Shown: positions 40,396 through 53,979, counted from the stretch's first letter. The stretch is DNA of 64,000 nucleotides from Octopus vulgaris (GCA_951406725.2 OX597818.1:109058001-109122000); one strand, 5' to 3'. The notes: generated by a model not told the origin, from the sequence alone. A program made the numbers and translations.

Positions 40396-42330
40396 CTTCA
40401 TCATCGTTTAATGTCTGCTTTTCATGCTGGCATGGGTTGGACAGAAGTCAGCTAGAAAGGAGCCTGCACCAGACTTCTGTGTATTTTGGCAGAGTTTTTA
40501 CGACTGGATGCCCTTCCTAACGCCAACCATCCAGAGTAGAGTGAGTGCTTTTTATGTAGCACCAGCACAGGCAAGGTCAGTTTTGGCATGGTTTTTTTTT
40601 ACAGCTGGATGCCAACCACTTTACAGAGTGGACTGGAAGCTTTTTACGTGGCACCAGCACCGACAGGGTCACCAAGTAACTTGCAAGACAAAGATCCTTT
40701 GAGAAGGGAGGGGCCATTGGAGGAGGTGGCTCCATGCCAGGTGATGAAAGGTTAGAATGAGACAGAGAGAAAGAAACAGGTATCTTGTTGTAGAGGAGGT
40801 ACATGGCTACCTGGCCAGAAAGAGAGATGGAGGGGGAGAGAGAGAGAGAGTGGGAGACAGCAAGAGTGCAAGAGAGAACAGGAGAGATTGTGGCAAAATG
40901 CCGGGCATATTCACAAGGGACAGGGATCAGAATATAAATGGGATGATCAAGAAAAGAGAAAGATAGAGGGTAGTAAGTGCTAGGGCATACCTTGAGGTAT
41001 GGAGATCATAATGTAAGTGGCAGGGCATTGCCAAAGAGGCGCGAGTAGAGAGTGGGGGGAGGGTAATGCAGTGAGTGGTGAAAACCTTGGTATATATTAA
41101 GGGGGTGGAGGGGAGGTACTGGATAGCAATGATACAGTGAACAAGACTGGGAGGACAAAATTGGGGAATGAGAGATAAACACAATGCATGAAAGAGGAGA
41201 TGTGAGGAACAGCCGAGATGTAGTTTGGTTTGTTAGGGTAGGGTAGGGTGTGTGAAACGTTTCTTGTTCTGTGTGGGTAGAACACAGCACTTCTGGAATT
41301 CAGTTTTGCTGACATGGGCAGGTCTTCTCAAGAATCTCATATCATTAGACATCTTGGTCCATTGTCATTTCCGCCATGTGATCCCACATCCTGAGATCAG
41401 TCCTTACCACTTCATCCCATGTCTTCCTGGGTTTCCCTCTTCCGTGGGTACCATCCACATTTAGTGACCAACACTTCTTTATACAGTTGTCTTCATTCAT
41501 GCGCATCACATGTCCAAACCAACATGCTGCATTTGATTCCTGACTTTTCTCTCAATACATTTGCACTTTGTCATACATGCACACTGATGTTGCACATCCA
41601 ACGGTGCATACTACCTTCATTCCTCTTTAGTCTATGCATGTCTTCCACATTCAGAGCCCATGCCTCACTACTATGTAGTATAGCCAGTTTCACACAAGCA
41701 TCATACAGTCTGCCTCTCATTCTTAGAGAGAGTCCTTTAGTTACCAACAAAGGTAGTAGCTCCCTCAACTTGCTCCATCCTATTTCACATAAAGCATCTA
41801 TAAAAGCTAAATTTATAAGTTCAAAAATTGCAGAATTTGTTAGTGGGCAGTTTACCTTAAAGGTAAAGCACTATGACTGGTAATCACAGAGATGTGAGTT
41901 TGAGTCTCATGGCTGGTACTAATAAATTTTTCTGCAATATAAGGATGTTCTATCCTATTCATGCTATTCAGCATTATTATTACTATTACTATTATTATGC
42001 ATTTGAGAATAAAATATTTCCATATCTGTATATTTCAATACATCTCAAGGCTTCAAAAAAAAAAAAAAGAAAAGAAAAACGAAGTGAACTTTGTTTACAT
42101 ACAACATAATTTCTAGAAACAAAACTTTCAAAGCATCTTCCACCACTGCTAATTTGGTCACCTAGGTAACAGAAACTACCTACAACTTCAAGAGAGCCTC
42201 CTGGGCATTTGAGAGAACCTAAGTCTCATGTGCTCCAAGTGATTATTGTTCCTGCACATCTACTGCATTTGAAGATGACTTATCTTTCTATATTCTAGTG
42301 TTCTTCATTTCAAGAGCTAAACAAAAAGGA
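40396..42330 (-). mobile_element. Decayed RTE LINE in two pieces (same group as 31375-32948)
   Basis: RELLPLLVTKGLSLRMRGRLYDACV...HSSEAW at 41571-41768; FKCSRCAG..LEVVGSFCYLGDQISSGG at ~42125-42280; tail at ~40396-40690; unrelated DNA at ~41790-42120. Confidence 0.8.
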
Positions 42331-43139
42331 GGCAGATAATTAGTTAGCATTTTGGTTAATTATCTGTCCAGATAATTAATTGGTCAGAATATGCCATTTC
42401 AAAGAAAGGGTAACGACTGTTAATGGATATTGAAACAGTAAAAAGTAACCGGAAAAATTCTAGACACTACAGAAGCTTGCTCAGATCTTCAGTTTTGAAA
42501 GAGGTTCGATAAGTAAACCAACTACGCTCCTCCATTTAATATCCCAATGCAGGGACAGAGTCAACTACAACAGACACAGGCACAGGTGTGTGATCAAGAA
42601 ATCTGCTTCTGACTCATGTGGCTCCAAGTTCAGTCTCACAGCATGGCACCTTGGGCAAGTGTCTCATATAACCCAGGGATTGCCAATGCCTTGAAAGAGA
42701 ATCTAATTAATGGAAACTGAAACAGATCCATTGTGCCTGTGTAAATATTTTTAAAAATCTATGCCAAGCTGATGTCATAGGTTGCAGCTCAGAAACTGAC
42801 ATTGTTAGCATTACCTGAGTGATGCTAACATGAAAATGAAGGTGCAAGAAGATGAAATGAACATTCTTTATCTTTTTATACAAAAGACTTTTTATTTATA
42901 GACTAAACTGATAATAAGGAAATAGATAATTTGTTAGTAAACCATGATGTTGATCAGAACAAATTATTACAAAAGAAAAACTTTGCTGCTTCAAATGTTA
43001 TTTGCGATGCAGAGAGAGAGAGAGGGGGGGAGAAGTACCTAGAACTGTAACAAAGACAGTTACAAGAGACAAATGCATCTCAGCATCATTAGCAAAACCC
43101 AAACTGTTTTGGACCCTAGAGTCGTACTGTAAGTGGGAC

Positions 43140-43185
<46 letters not shown>

Positions 43186-43647
43186 TAAAATGATATGATG
43201 ATGGGCTGCTTGGATGAACACAAAACAATGAAATATTAGAAAAACAATTTAAGTAAATGGATGGATGAATTTAAAAAGTAAAAGTAAGTGCTGGTAGAAA
43301 AATTCCAAGTTTATAAAAGAATTGCAAAAATAAAAGATTATGCCATGAAGATGGTAGAGAAAGATAAATTATGGAGATTGTAAATTTGAATGAGAGAATT
43401 GGGTTTACAGGAACTGAATGATGCAAAACAAGTGTTGAAAGAGTTTCCATGGGTCTATTATTGTCTAAGAAACAATGCTAATTCAACAGTTGATCCATTT
43501 CTAAATATTTATTTATTCTAGAACTACGTCTAGTGAAACATATCTTATGTCTAGTTTGGATGAGATGTGGTAGGATGCAAGTAGTCTATATTTACAGTAT
43601 ACAAATTAGTCAGACAAATTTGTATAAAGATTAAGGATCTTAAAAAG

Positions 43648-43681
<34 letters not shown>

Positions 43682-44194
43682 GTTCATCCAATATGAAATA
43701 TAAATACTATTATTCTTGTATATTTTTTCTGGATTCAGTCCCTGCACTGCAGCCATATAGGGGCACCACCTTTAAGAGGTTTAGTTAATTATATAATTAG
43801 CCCCAATGCTTTGTTTGGAAGTTATTTTATTAATTTTGTAAAGGAGAAAAGTCAAAGTTGACTTGTGCATTTAGAAATACAGACAAGAGGAAACCCAAAA
43901 TTTTATGTTCAATGGCCTGATTCAGCTAACTCTTGCCCATGTTCACGTATTAACTCACTCTCTTTCTTTCTCTTTCTCTCTCTCTCTCTCACACACACCC
44001 ACACACACAAAGATAAGCATCTAAGGATTTTCCAGGCAATTTCCCACCCGTTAAATTTCACAGAGCAAGCTTTAATCAATCTGAAGTTGCCCACGGTGCA
44101 CCCAATGTCAGTGAGTGTGGAACCATGTGATGATCAAGCAAACACAGTCATGCCTACACTCTCTTAAACACATTTCCATTTATACATATATTAA

Positions 44195-44416
44195 CCCTTT
44201 TATTACCAACCCAGCTGAAACTGGCTCTGGCTCTGTAGTACAAATCTCTTGTTTTAATAAGTTTTGAATAAAAATCTTCCACCAAAAGTTAGTCACAATT
44301 TATGTTCCTAACACTAGCTTAATGATAACTAAGTTATTTTACTAAATTCTTTGTTATATTCAGAATTAATTGAAAGAAACACAAAGCATCTCAAAATAAA
44401 TACGGTAATGAAAGGG
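44195..44416. mobile_element. piggyBac-like MITE
   Basis: TTAA|CCCTTTTATTACC ... GGTAATGAAAGGG|TTAA (TIR plus TTAA TSD). Confidence 0.85.
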
Positions 44417-44840
44417 TTAACTGCTACAGGTAAACCATAAACTTAAAGATTTTAATGAGTTACAGGAATATAAGCAATACAAATACCAAAGCATTGTAGT
44501 TTTTAACTCTACCAAGGCAGAATGAGACTACATCAAATCAAACATGTGATCCTTCAGTGGCCACACCTACATGTCTTCGCTTGCAGTTGTAACCCAAATT
44601 TGTTTTAGAATAAGGATAAATAATGCATTTATATGGAATGCATTTGCAAACTTTATAGTTTATTACATAACTTGTCTGAGAGAGAAAATTTTGGAGTTTG
44701 CAAAGAAATATACAATAAAAAAACAAAACAAAAAGCTCTTGATGTTATTCTGCATATCTTATGTTGAGAGAAACAAACACTAAAACAGTTACAATGGCAA
44801 CAAGGATAATAACAACGATGATGAGGAGTTGTGGTGGTGG

Positions 44841-44882
<42 letters not shown>

Positions 44883-45704
44883 CGACGACAATGGCAACAT
44901 CTGCTGCCCCAATCAAGATGGGTAACTAGAAAGTATTAAATCCTACAACCAAATGACTGAACAATCCAAGGTGATAGCATTTAGCTTCCAGTCATCAAAA
45001 TTCCCATCTCTAGAAATTTGTTAGATAATTGTTCTGTAAACTAACTTCTTTTTTTAACTTTTTTCTTTTACATTTTATATTGCACCAAGACAGTATACAT
45101 GAAGATTACTTGAAGATAGCATTCTCATCTTCAACCAATAAGAGAAATAATGCCAAACAAAAAAAAAAATAATAATAATTAAAAAAAAAACAGAAAAGAA
45201 TCTTGTAAAAATGCTTGAGAGAGACAGAAAGAAAAGAGCTGTTTCCTTCCTTCTTTGCAATTCTGAAAATGAAACGTAGTGAAGGTGATGTTGCTGTTGA
45301 ACAGATATTTCCTTTTCCTTCAATTTGTAAACTCACAGTAACACAATGTTGATGTCATATTTGTGAAAGATTAATAATGCTAAATAACTGCAACAGCGAA
45401 CATAATTTCATTCCAAAATCAGCAATTAGAAAGGAGATAAAAGACAACAACAATAACAACAATATTAACAAAACAGAAGAGAGCATGAGTGTTAGTGGGG
45501 ACAAAACAGAACAAAAAGAGAAATAATCTGAAAAAATGAACAAATGTGACGGAACATACATACACACTAAAGTACACATTGGATACACATGCACATACAC
45601 TTAAATGCATACACATACATAAATACTCATGTACACACACTCACACACACACACACACACACTTAAAAGGATATGATGTGCATAGGCATAGACAGTTCAC
45701 GTAA

Positions 45705-45822
45705 GGCCTAGGTCAGCCCAAGGTTATAGTAGAAGACACTTGCCCAAGATGCCACGCAGTGGGACTGAACATGGAACCATGATTGGTAAGCAAGCTACTT
45801 ACCACACAGTCATTTCTACGCC
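45705..45822 (-). mobile_element. SINE family B head
   Basis: AGAAGACACTTGCCCAAGATGCCACGCAGTGGGACTGAAC..CTTACCACACAG. Confidence 0.7.
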
Positions 45823-45933
45823 TATGTATATATATGTGTGTGTGTGTGTGTCTGTGTATAATGTCAAACAATGAGAATGAGTGCTCAACACCATACAGCT
45901 GGATGAAATAAAAACTCTTCATTTATATATTAA

Positions 45934-46168
45934 GGCAACCATTGGTTTCATGTTAAGAAAATATCTTCAGATCTTAACAATTTTTCAAATTAATCACATG
46001 GTAGAAAGGTGTTTGATTTCTTGTTTTGTTTGTGAGAATTTATCATGAATTCTCATGATTTTTCATGTTTTAATCCAAAATGGAGAAAAACACCATTCCT
46101 CCATATGCTTGGCTTGAAAAATTGTCAAGATATAAAAATATTGTCTTTGCATAAAACCAATGGTAGCC
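45934..46168. mobile_element. Palindromic MITE with TTAA TSD and GG..CC ends (Kolobok-like)
   Basis: TTAA|GGCAACCATTGGTTTCATG ... GCATAAAACCAATGGTAGCC|TTAA; imperfect complementarity continues inward. Confidence 0.7.
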
Positions 46169-46334
46169 TTAATACACAAGAACATATATATATATATATA
46201 AATATATAAACTCAAGTTAGTGTATTAGTTATATTGGCCTATAGTTTTCCATTTAATTTGTATGCTGCTGCCCTCTACCTTTAGTCCTTGGTATGTCTAT
46301 CATTCAACTGACTTTCAGTGTGACTGATGTCACC

Positions 46335-46461
46335 AAAGGAATAATACCTGGGACTGGTATTAGTCCTTGAACTTTAAATGTCCTGAAGCTATGTTGGTTC
46401 TGGTTCCAGTACCTGAAGGGAGCATTTTAATGTTTCAATGATTTCTGTACACTGTTTCATT
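46335..46461. repeat. 127-bp inverted duplication, copy 1
   Basis: Reverse complement of 48534-48660 with one mismatch. Confidence 0.95.
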
Positions 46462-47449
46462 TTTCACAACTAGCTTCAAAGTGTGAACTGCATCCTGTCA
46501 TTATTGCATGCACACACAAACATACACACACACAAACAAACACATGTATAAATATACATCTGTATACATTCATATCTCTCGCTCTGTCTCTCTCTCACAT
46601 ACACTCTCCTCTTCTGTCACACCTTGGGCAAGTGTCATCTACATAGCCTAGGGTTACCCAAAGTCTTGAGTGGATTTGATAGACAGAAACTGAACGAAGC
46701 CTGTTGTGAATAAAATATAATATAATGCATGTATTAATGATTGTGATTTTCTTTTTGAGAGAGTTCAAGCCAGTTGCTAAGAAAGTGTCAAGACATTTTG
46801 AGTTAAAAGAGCTCCTGGTGTTTGTAAACATGTGATTGAAGTGATGCGTTGGTTGAGCTGATGATGCATGCAGCAAGTCGAGTCACATAAGAATCTTAGA
46901 TGGAAAAGTTTTGGAATGGCTTACAAATCTCCACTGTGCTTCTAATAGATTGCTATGTGTGGGATGCTATTGTGCATGTGTACAGTATGCATGGACATTG
47001 TGGATGTGCCGGTATTTTCAGCTGCTATGTGTTTATGGGGCTATTGGATAATGGATGTGTGTATGAAGATAATGTGTGTATACTATGTGTCTGGTAAGAG
47101 CACTTGTATGCATGTGTGAGACTATGTGTGGGTTGTAGGGGGACGTATGTGAGTCAACCTGGATGGAGGTGAGGGTGTCCAGTGGTTCAAAGATGACAAA
47201 GAAGGTAGGTGTAGGGAGGTACGAGTAATTATATACATACATTGTACTGTACATGTGGGGAAGGGATTTGAAATGTGTGTGTGTAATGATGAGTGTGTGT
47301 GTGTGTGCACAGGTGTACGTAAATGCTGTATGGGCATAATGGTGTGTATGGTACACATAATGATAAGGTGTGTGTTGGGTAGAAGACGAGAGGGTTGTGT
47401 GTGGTGTGTTAATGCATGTGGAGGTGTGTTTAAATGGAGAGAGGCAAAG

Positions 47450-48530
47450 AATTGAGGCCATGAGTGAGAAATAGAGAGAGAAAATAAATTCCTGCTCACG
47501 ATGGAGGTGGGAGTGTGGGTGGCCTCTGTGCAAAGCCAGTCCAAACACAACCAAATGTTGCAGGGAATGACTGGTCAAGCGGAAGTGGTGCAAGACTGGG
47601 GTATCATGACTGAGTCTGATGTTCCAAAGATGTTTGGCAAACTGGTCAGCTAAGCACTGGCTAGTTTCACCAATGTACAGAGAATGATAGAGAGAGAGAG
47701 CAGAGGATGCAGTAGATTAAATTGCTAGAAGTACAGGTGAATGAGTCAGTAATGTGGTAGTGGCAGTGGTGGGTGACGGTGAGGATAGCAGTGATGGAAA
47801 GGAAGGGGCAGGTGTGGCAGCATGGGGGAGAACAAGAGAAGGATCCAGGTTGAGTGCCACGAGAAGGGAAGAAGCAATGGACCAGAAGTTCACATAAGTT
47901 ACAAGCACATTTGAAGGAGAGGAGGGGTCGGTTGAGGAAGATATGGAAGGTGGAGCGCTCAGATTTGAATCAGCAGAAAACACATAAAATAGTGTGATGG
48001 AGGGGCAGGGCAGGGGGGTAGTAGGTGGGGGTGAAAAGAGTAAGAGTGAGGTGGGTGTAGGGAGAGTGTAGTCAATGGTGGTGAGATGTCCCAGTTGGGT
48101 CAAGAGGTGAGCCAGGAGTTTGGACTGTGTCTTGAAGTCATGGCTGTCACTACAGAGTTGGTAGAGAATAAAGGAAAGACAGTTTGGTGAGGGTCGGGTG
48201 GGAGGAGAAGAAGCTGAGAAAACAGTGACTCTGTGGGTTTATAGTGGATGAAAGTGGTAAGAAAGGAGTGGCGGATGGTAATGTAAATATTGAGAAAATT
48301 GACAGAGGCATTGGAGGTAGAGCAGGAGGATTCAAGGGCAGAATAGAAGGGCTGGATGGAAGGGAGGAAGGAGCTGAGTTGTTCCAATACAGTCATCAAT
48401 GTAATGGCCATATAGCTCAGGAATGGGACCAATAAACTGAGAGAATATTTGGGCCTCAACTTAGCTGATGAACAAGTTCATGTAGTTGGGGCCCATTCTC
48501 ATTTACATGTCCACTCCCAAGGCCGATCAA
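47450..48530 (-). mobile_element. Decayed Penelope-like retroelement (RT + GIY-YIG endonuclease)
   Basis: MGPNYMNLFI..VEAQIF..PELYGHYIDDC; HYKPTES..SSHP; FTCTSSNLIYCILC..LYIGET..HL; frameshifted throughout. Confidence 0.85.
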
Positions 48531-48533
48531 TAC

Positions 48534-48660
48534 AATGAAACAGTGTACAGAAATCATTGAAACATTAAAATGCTCCCTTCAGGTACTGGAACCAGAACCA
48601 ACATAGCTTCAGGACATTTAAAGTTCAAGAACTAATACCAGTCCCAGGTATTATTCCTTT
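48534..48660. repeat. 127-bp inverted duplication, copy 2
   Basis: Reverse complement of 46335-46461. Confidence 0.95.
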
Positions 48661-48675
48661 TATTATACATACACA

Positions 48676-48908
48676 GGGCAGCAAGCTGGGAGAATCGTTA
48701 GTACGCCAGGTAAAATGCTTAGTGGTATTTCGTCTGCCGTTATGTTTTGAGTTCAAATTTCGCCAAGATCAACTTTGCATTTCATCCTTTCGGGCTCAAT
48801 TAAATAAATACCAGTTATGCACTGGGGTCAATGTAATCGACTTAATCCCTTTGTCTGTCCTGGTTTGTCCCCTCTATGTTTAGCGCCCTGTGGGCAACAA
48901 AGAAATAA
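48676..48908 (+). mobile_element. SINE family A, full length
   Basis: Complete head, body and tail; TATACATACACA on both flanks. Confidence 0.82.
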
Positions 48909-49230
48909 ATATATATACATACACACACACATTTATACACACAGATAAAACAAAATCCCAGGATGGTGGTGGTGGTGTGTATTAGCAAGACATGTATTAT
49001 TTAGAAAAAGCAACAAAGGGAGTTCAGTGAAATTGTCATGGCGGTAGCATTCTTCTTCTTTATTTTACTTCTTTTCAGCATAATTTTGAAGAGAAACTGT
49101 TTTAAACATTTATATACTACACTCTCCATATTAATTCTACTGTACTCCTCCTGTGACATTTTACACACCGTGGGTGATTTTGAAACACCCAATGCTGCAC
49201 ATGTACACCCATTGATGCATATGCAGTCAC

Positions 49231-49267
<37 letters not shown>

Positions 49268-49268
<1 letters not shown>

Positions 49269-49465
49269 ACCGCATGTGTATCGTTGCTGATTTTCTTCCT
49301 CCGTCTTCCCCACCCCTTTGAACTTTCCTCTATTTCTGAAGAAGAGCTTGGCTCAAAACGTTGAATCCTCTTTCCTTCCTTTCCTGAGCATCTTATAATA
49401 CAGTAGTTGTACCACATCCTTGCGTTACTTTATTTTCTTGTTCTTTCTTCTTTGTTCGGATTCAC

Positions 49466-49466
<1 letters not shown>
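49268..49466 (+). mobile_element. Penelope-type terminal repeat fragment with a degenerate hammerhead core
   Basis: ATTT-CTGAAGA-a-GAGC ttg GCTC-AAAA-CG-TT-GAAT at 49332-49366; embedded between (TA)n runs. Confidence 0.55.
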
Positions 49467-49508
<42 letters not shown>

Positions 49509-49535
49509 CCACACCCCACACACACACACACACAC

Positions 49536-49933
49536 AAACAAATAAATAACAAACGGTGGATAAGCATCACTGCATTACATACAGCTGATTCCAATGGGTT
49601 TCTTTAATAGATTAATGAGTGCATTACATCATAACTAAAAAAAAAAAAATTTAATGCTTTCTTCACATGATACATAACATTCCCAAACGATATAAGAACA
49701 GCACTTTACCTCAGTGGGCTGATCAAACTTGATTCCAGCTGAATTTCGATCAGCCCACTGAAGTAAAGTGCTGTTCTTCTTTTGTTCTGAAATGTTATGT
49801 ATCACCTGATGAAAGCATTTGAAATTTTTTTATAGTTATGATGTAATTCACTCGTTCATCTATTAAAGAAATCCATTGGAAACAGCTGTAATGAAGTGAC
49901 ACTTATTCATCATTTTGTTATTCGTTTATTTGT
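49536..49933. repeat. ~400-bp imperfect palindrome
   Basis: AAGAACAGCACTTTACCTCAGTGGGCTGATC pairs with GATCAGCCCACTGAAGTAAAGTGCTGTTCTT; pairing extends outward through CAGCTG.TTCCAATGG.TTTCTTTAATAGAT. Confidence 0.85.
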
Positions 49934-50274
49934 TCATAATACACCTCACTGGAATCGCAACCCATCAGATATTCTGGAGTATACCAAATAGCATATGACC
50001 AATACAATGTACACTTTTGGATGAGCCCTTGGGCTATTGAAATATTCATAAGGACTAAGTCCTCTGTATACATAACCTGAATTGTTCACTGGATGTTTTT
50101 TGGTACCCATGATATTCATTTGACTAAAGGTGTTGTTTACAAGTTAATTCAACCCAACCAGGTGCCTATCATTTATGTACCCGATTCCTTTGAATCTTAA
50201 AAATTGTGTCTATGTGTGTGTGTGTGTGTGTGTGTATATCATACATATATACACACGCGTGCACACACACAAAT

Positions 50275-50307
<33 letters not shown>

Positions 50308-50504
50308 AACATCAATAATTACACTACAGATATTCACACATAAATTTTACAAGGCAGAGGTCGATTGTGGCAAAATTAAAACTTTGAAATCACTTTCAAC
50401 TTTTCCTTGTAGAAATAAAAGCAAAAGCGATATTGAATGTAATGGAGTAAACCTTGAATTCATGATTTTTATTCTTTTCATTGTAACAATACATAAAAAC
50501 AAAC

Positions 50505-50569
<65 letters not shown>

Positions 50570-50904
50570 AAATATATATACATATATATACACAGACTCA
50601 TAATATGGGCACTCAGGCTGACCAAAGCCTGCGGTCCATAGGGTTAAAAAGGGTTTTGTATCCATAAAGCGCCAAGCTTTACATACAACTCCTCAAACCC
50701 TAAGACCAGCCATTAGGTCTTAACTATCTTTCTCTAAATATTCTGCAGCTCTATAACTCAGAGTGCGCTTCTCTTTCGGATTTATGATGTACTGACTATA
50801 TATATACATTTACATACATACATGTGTATGTATATATATATATATATATATATACACATACATACATACACACACACATACATATATACATGTGTGTATG
50901 TGTG

Positions 50905-51072
50905 TGTGTGTTTGTTCCCCACCACTGCTTGACAACGGGTGTTCGGTTTTTAAGTCCCCATAACTCAGCAGTCTGGCAAAAGAGATTAAAAAAAAACACA
51001 AACATTACTGGAGTTGATTCATTGAACTAAAAATTCTTAAAGGCAGTCTAATGACTGAAACTAGTAAAATGT
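50905..51072 (+). mobile_element. SINE family B, 3' half
   Basis: CCCCACCACTGCTTGACAAC..GGCAAAAGAGA..ATGACTGAAAC. Confidence 0.65.
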
Positions 51073-53562
51073 AAGTAAAAGATACACACGTGTGTGTGTG
51101 TGTGTGGAGAGAGAGAGATATGCAAACTTATACTCGCAGAAGTGAATAATATATACATACACAGTTTACATAGTCTAAACGACCTCTCTCACCACTCAAG
51201 ACACCGTCACCACCTGAAAAACAGCTTTTGCAGGAGACATATACATGCAGAAGTGTGTGTGCATGTGTGTGTGTGTATGAGTGCACACACGTTCAAGAAT
51301 GCATGTGAGGTTGAGTGCTTGTGCATATGAGTGTGTGTGTGTGTGTGAATGCTTGTGTAGTAGCATTAACGTGTAATAAATACCACAGCACGCATCCCTG
51401 CCACCTGACTCTCCTCTTTTTCACACAGGCACACAATAATCCCAATCCAATAAGACATTAGACAGATGGGAACGAATGAGATTATGAAAGACAGAAAGGA
51501 CGAATGAAAGAGAAGAGATAGGAAGGGAGTGGTAGAAAAAGAAAAAAAAAAACATATGAAAGAATGAAATGAACAAATGTGAATGAGGTAAGTGAAACTG
51601 AATAACAGAATACTGGGTAAAGAAAAATAGATGATTTACTGAATGAAACGAAACAATGTAGATGAAAGATGAAATGAGAATATGAATGAAAAAATAAACA
51701 AAAAGCAAAACAATGAAATGATGAAGAAGATGAGAGAAAAGAAGATTGAGAGAAAAGAGTACAAAATAATGAAAGATGAAAATAGAGAAATAAAATGATA
51801 ACATACAGAGTGAATAAACGAAGGAGGAAATATATGGGAATAAAAGACGAAAAGCTACAGTAAAATAGCTGGAAATGGAGGAAATATGATGACAAAAGTA
51901 CGTGAAAAAGAGGAAAACTTAAAGTAAGGAAAGGAGAATGAGATTAGAGAGAATGAAAGAGAAAGAGAAGGAGGCAGGAGATAGATGTAATACTATGGAC
52001 TGGAAAGAAAGAAGAAAAAAAAAATTGGTTTCATTTGGACAGAGTTGTCATGGTAACAGAAGGAGTGGAAGGCATGTGTTATGGATGCATATTATATTCC
52101 GTGGAATTGGGGAAACTTAAAAGGTAAAAATAAGAAGGAAATAAAACACTTTCAATATAAGGGGAAAAAGATGATGCAGTCACCATGGAACATTGAAGAA
52201 AAAAACAATAATACACATAATAGAAATGAAAAAGAAAAAGGGATGAAAGGAAAGAAAGAAAGAAAGAAAGCAAAGACTTGCATCCATGCTGAAACACTTG
52301 AAAATTCAATTCTGCTGGCTACAAAGTGGCCAACGCAGTAGAGTGGCATGGTATGGAATGGTGTGAAGAATGACTTGTAGTATAGTTTGGGGAATGGCAG
52401 AAGGAAGAGGAGTTGGAAACGAAAGGAAATCTAGGGCTGATTGTTAAAGGAGGCGGGACAAGTTCATTTGCCAACAAAAACAGTTGGCTTTTTGTTTCAT
52501 TTAAAGGAAAATAAAGTGGTCCAAGCTTCACTTCTCTGTTTGGTGGAGCCATAACAACAGAGAGAATCACAGGAAAGGATTCAGTTTGGTTTCATAAAAA
52601 TATTTTGTTTTGCAAAAGAAGAAAGGGATTCTTTTGGGGATGGTTTCCCCTCCCCCATTTTTATTCTACACTATTTTGATTTCCCTCCTTATTACAAATG
52701 TTCTATATTTTTTTAAGTACTTTTATACGTTACCCCACACCACACGAGAAACAGTCAATGTACCTGTCTTTCTTTTTCCTCTTAATGCATGCTCCTGCTG
52801 CCCTTCCAGACTCTATTACTAAACTTTGTAGCCCTATCTTTTCCTCCTAAACACACACTCTCTCTCTCTCTCTCTCTCTCTCTGAAGTTTCGTCGCCACC
52901 ACCCTGCCAAACATTAACTGCACTAACCTTGCCCAGTTATTTCTTATGCTCCAGTCAAGAACAGTAGATAAAGGTTACAAGGCATTGCTCCTCCTCCACC
53001 TCTTTAAACAACTGAACAAAAACACTAACAAATGCTGGTTAGCTTTACAAAATTGGGAGAATATTTGCATCAAAACTGTTGGAACAATTCTTGATGGCAA
53101 GATGAATTTCTTTATGTTCCTTCCCAACAATATTATAGTTAATGTTAACGATTCAATTATAGAATGGAAGTCACAGGCATTTTACTGCTTGCTGTATTGG
53201 GTGGAATACAAAATAAATGTGCCGTTTTATTAACGCAACATGAGCTGCTGAATATAATTATTAGTGACAGAAGCAGAATTGAATTTAGATAGAGGCCACA
53301 ATATGGTAGGCTACTATATACACAACACTGAATAAATGCATTGCATCTAAAGGTACTACTATGAAATTAATTATACAACATGTAGACTGATGTAAGATGA
53401 GACAGCAAATAGTTGAGCATTTCTAGAGCTGGGGACGTTAATTCACTTAAAGTGTTATCAGAAAACATCAAGATTAACTTCATCAATAATGTAAGGCAAA
53501 TAAGTTACAATGTGCTTGTAGTACATCTAAAGAGTAATAAATGAATTAGTATATGTACTATT

Positions 53563-53656
53563 TATTAATCACTATATATAGTATTAATGAAGCACTATAT
53601 GTTATATTAACGATGCACTATATGCAGCATTAATGAAGCAGTATATACAGTATTAA
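53563..53656. repeat. Short imperfect ~23-bp tandem repeat
   Basis: About four TATTAATGAAGCACTATAT-like units. Confidence 0.6.
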
Positions 53657-53763
53657 GTAATCCAAAATATTAATGGTAAATATAAAGAACTGGTGATGTC
53701 TTGTAAGATGAATTTTCGTGTGTTTCTTTTTTCTACTGCGGCAACATTAGGACCATCTCCTAA

Positions 53764-53979
53764 GGCGGCGATCTGGCAAAACCATTAGCACGCCGGGCGA
53801 AATGTGTAGCCACATTTCGTCTGCTGCTACGTTCTGAGTTCAAATTCCGCCGAGGTCGACTTTGGCTTTCATCCTTTCAGGGTCGATAAATTAAGTACCA
53901 GTTACACACTGAGGTTGATGTAATCGACTTAATCCGTTTGTCCCCTCTGTGTTTAGCCCCTTGTGGGTAGTAAAGAAAA
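53764..53979 (+). mobile_element. SINE family A, young full-length copy
   Basis: CpGs retained; 19-bp TSD CAACATTAGGACCA(T/A)CTCC at 53742-53760 and 53980-53998. Confidence 0.88.

Noticed and set aside
49800-49830. CTGATGA..GAAA hammerhead candidate
   Set aside because: No convincing stem II or stem I, and the motif is not kept in the opposite arm.
53764-53855. tRNA gene (A/B-box-like motifs)
   Set aside because: It is a SINE head with body, tail and TSD; no complete cloverleaf.
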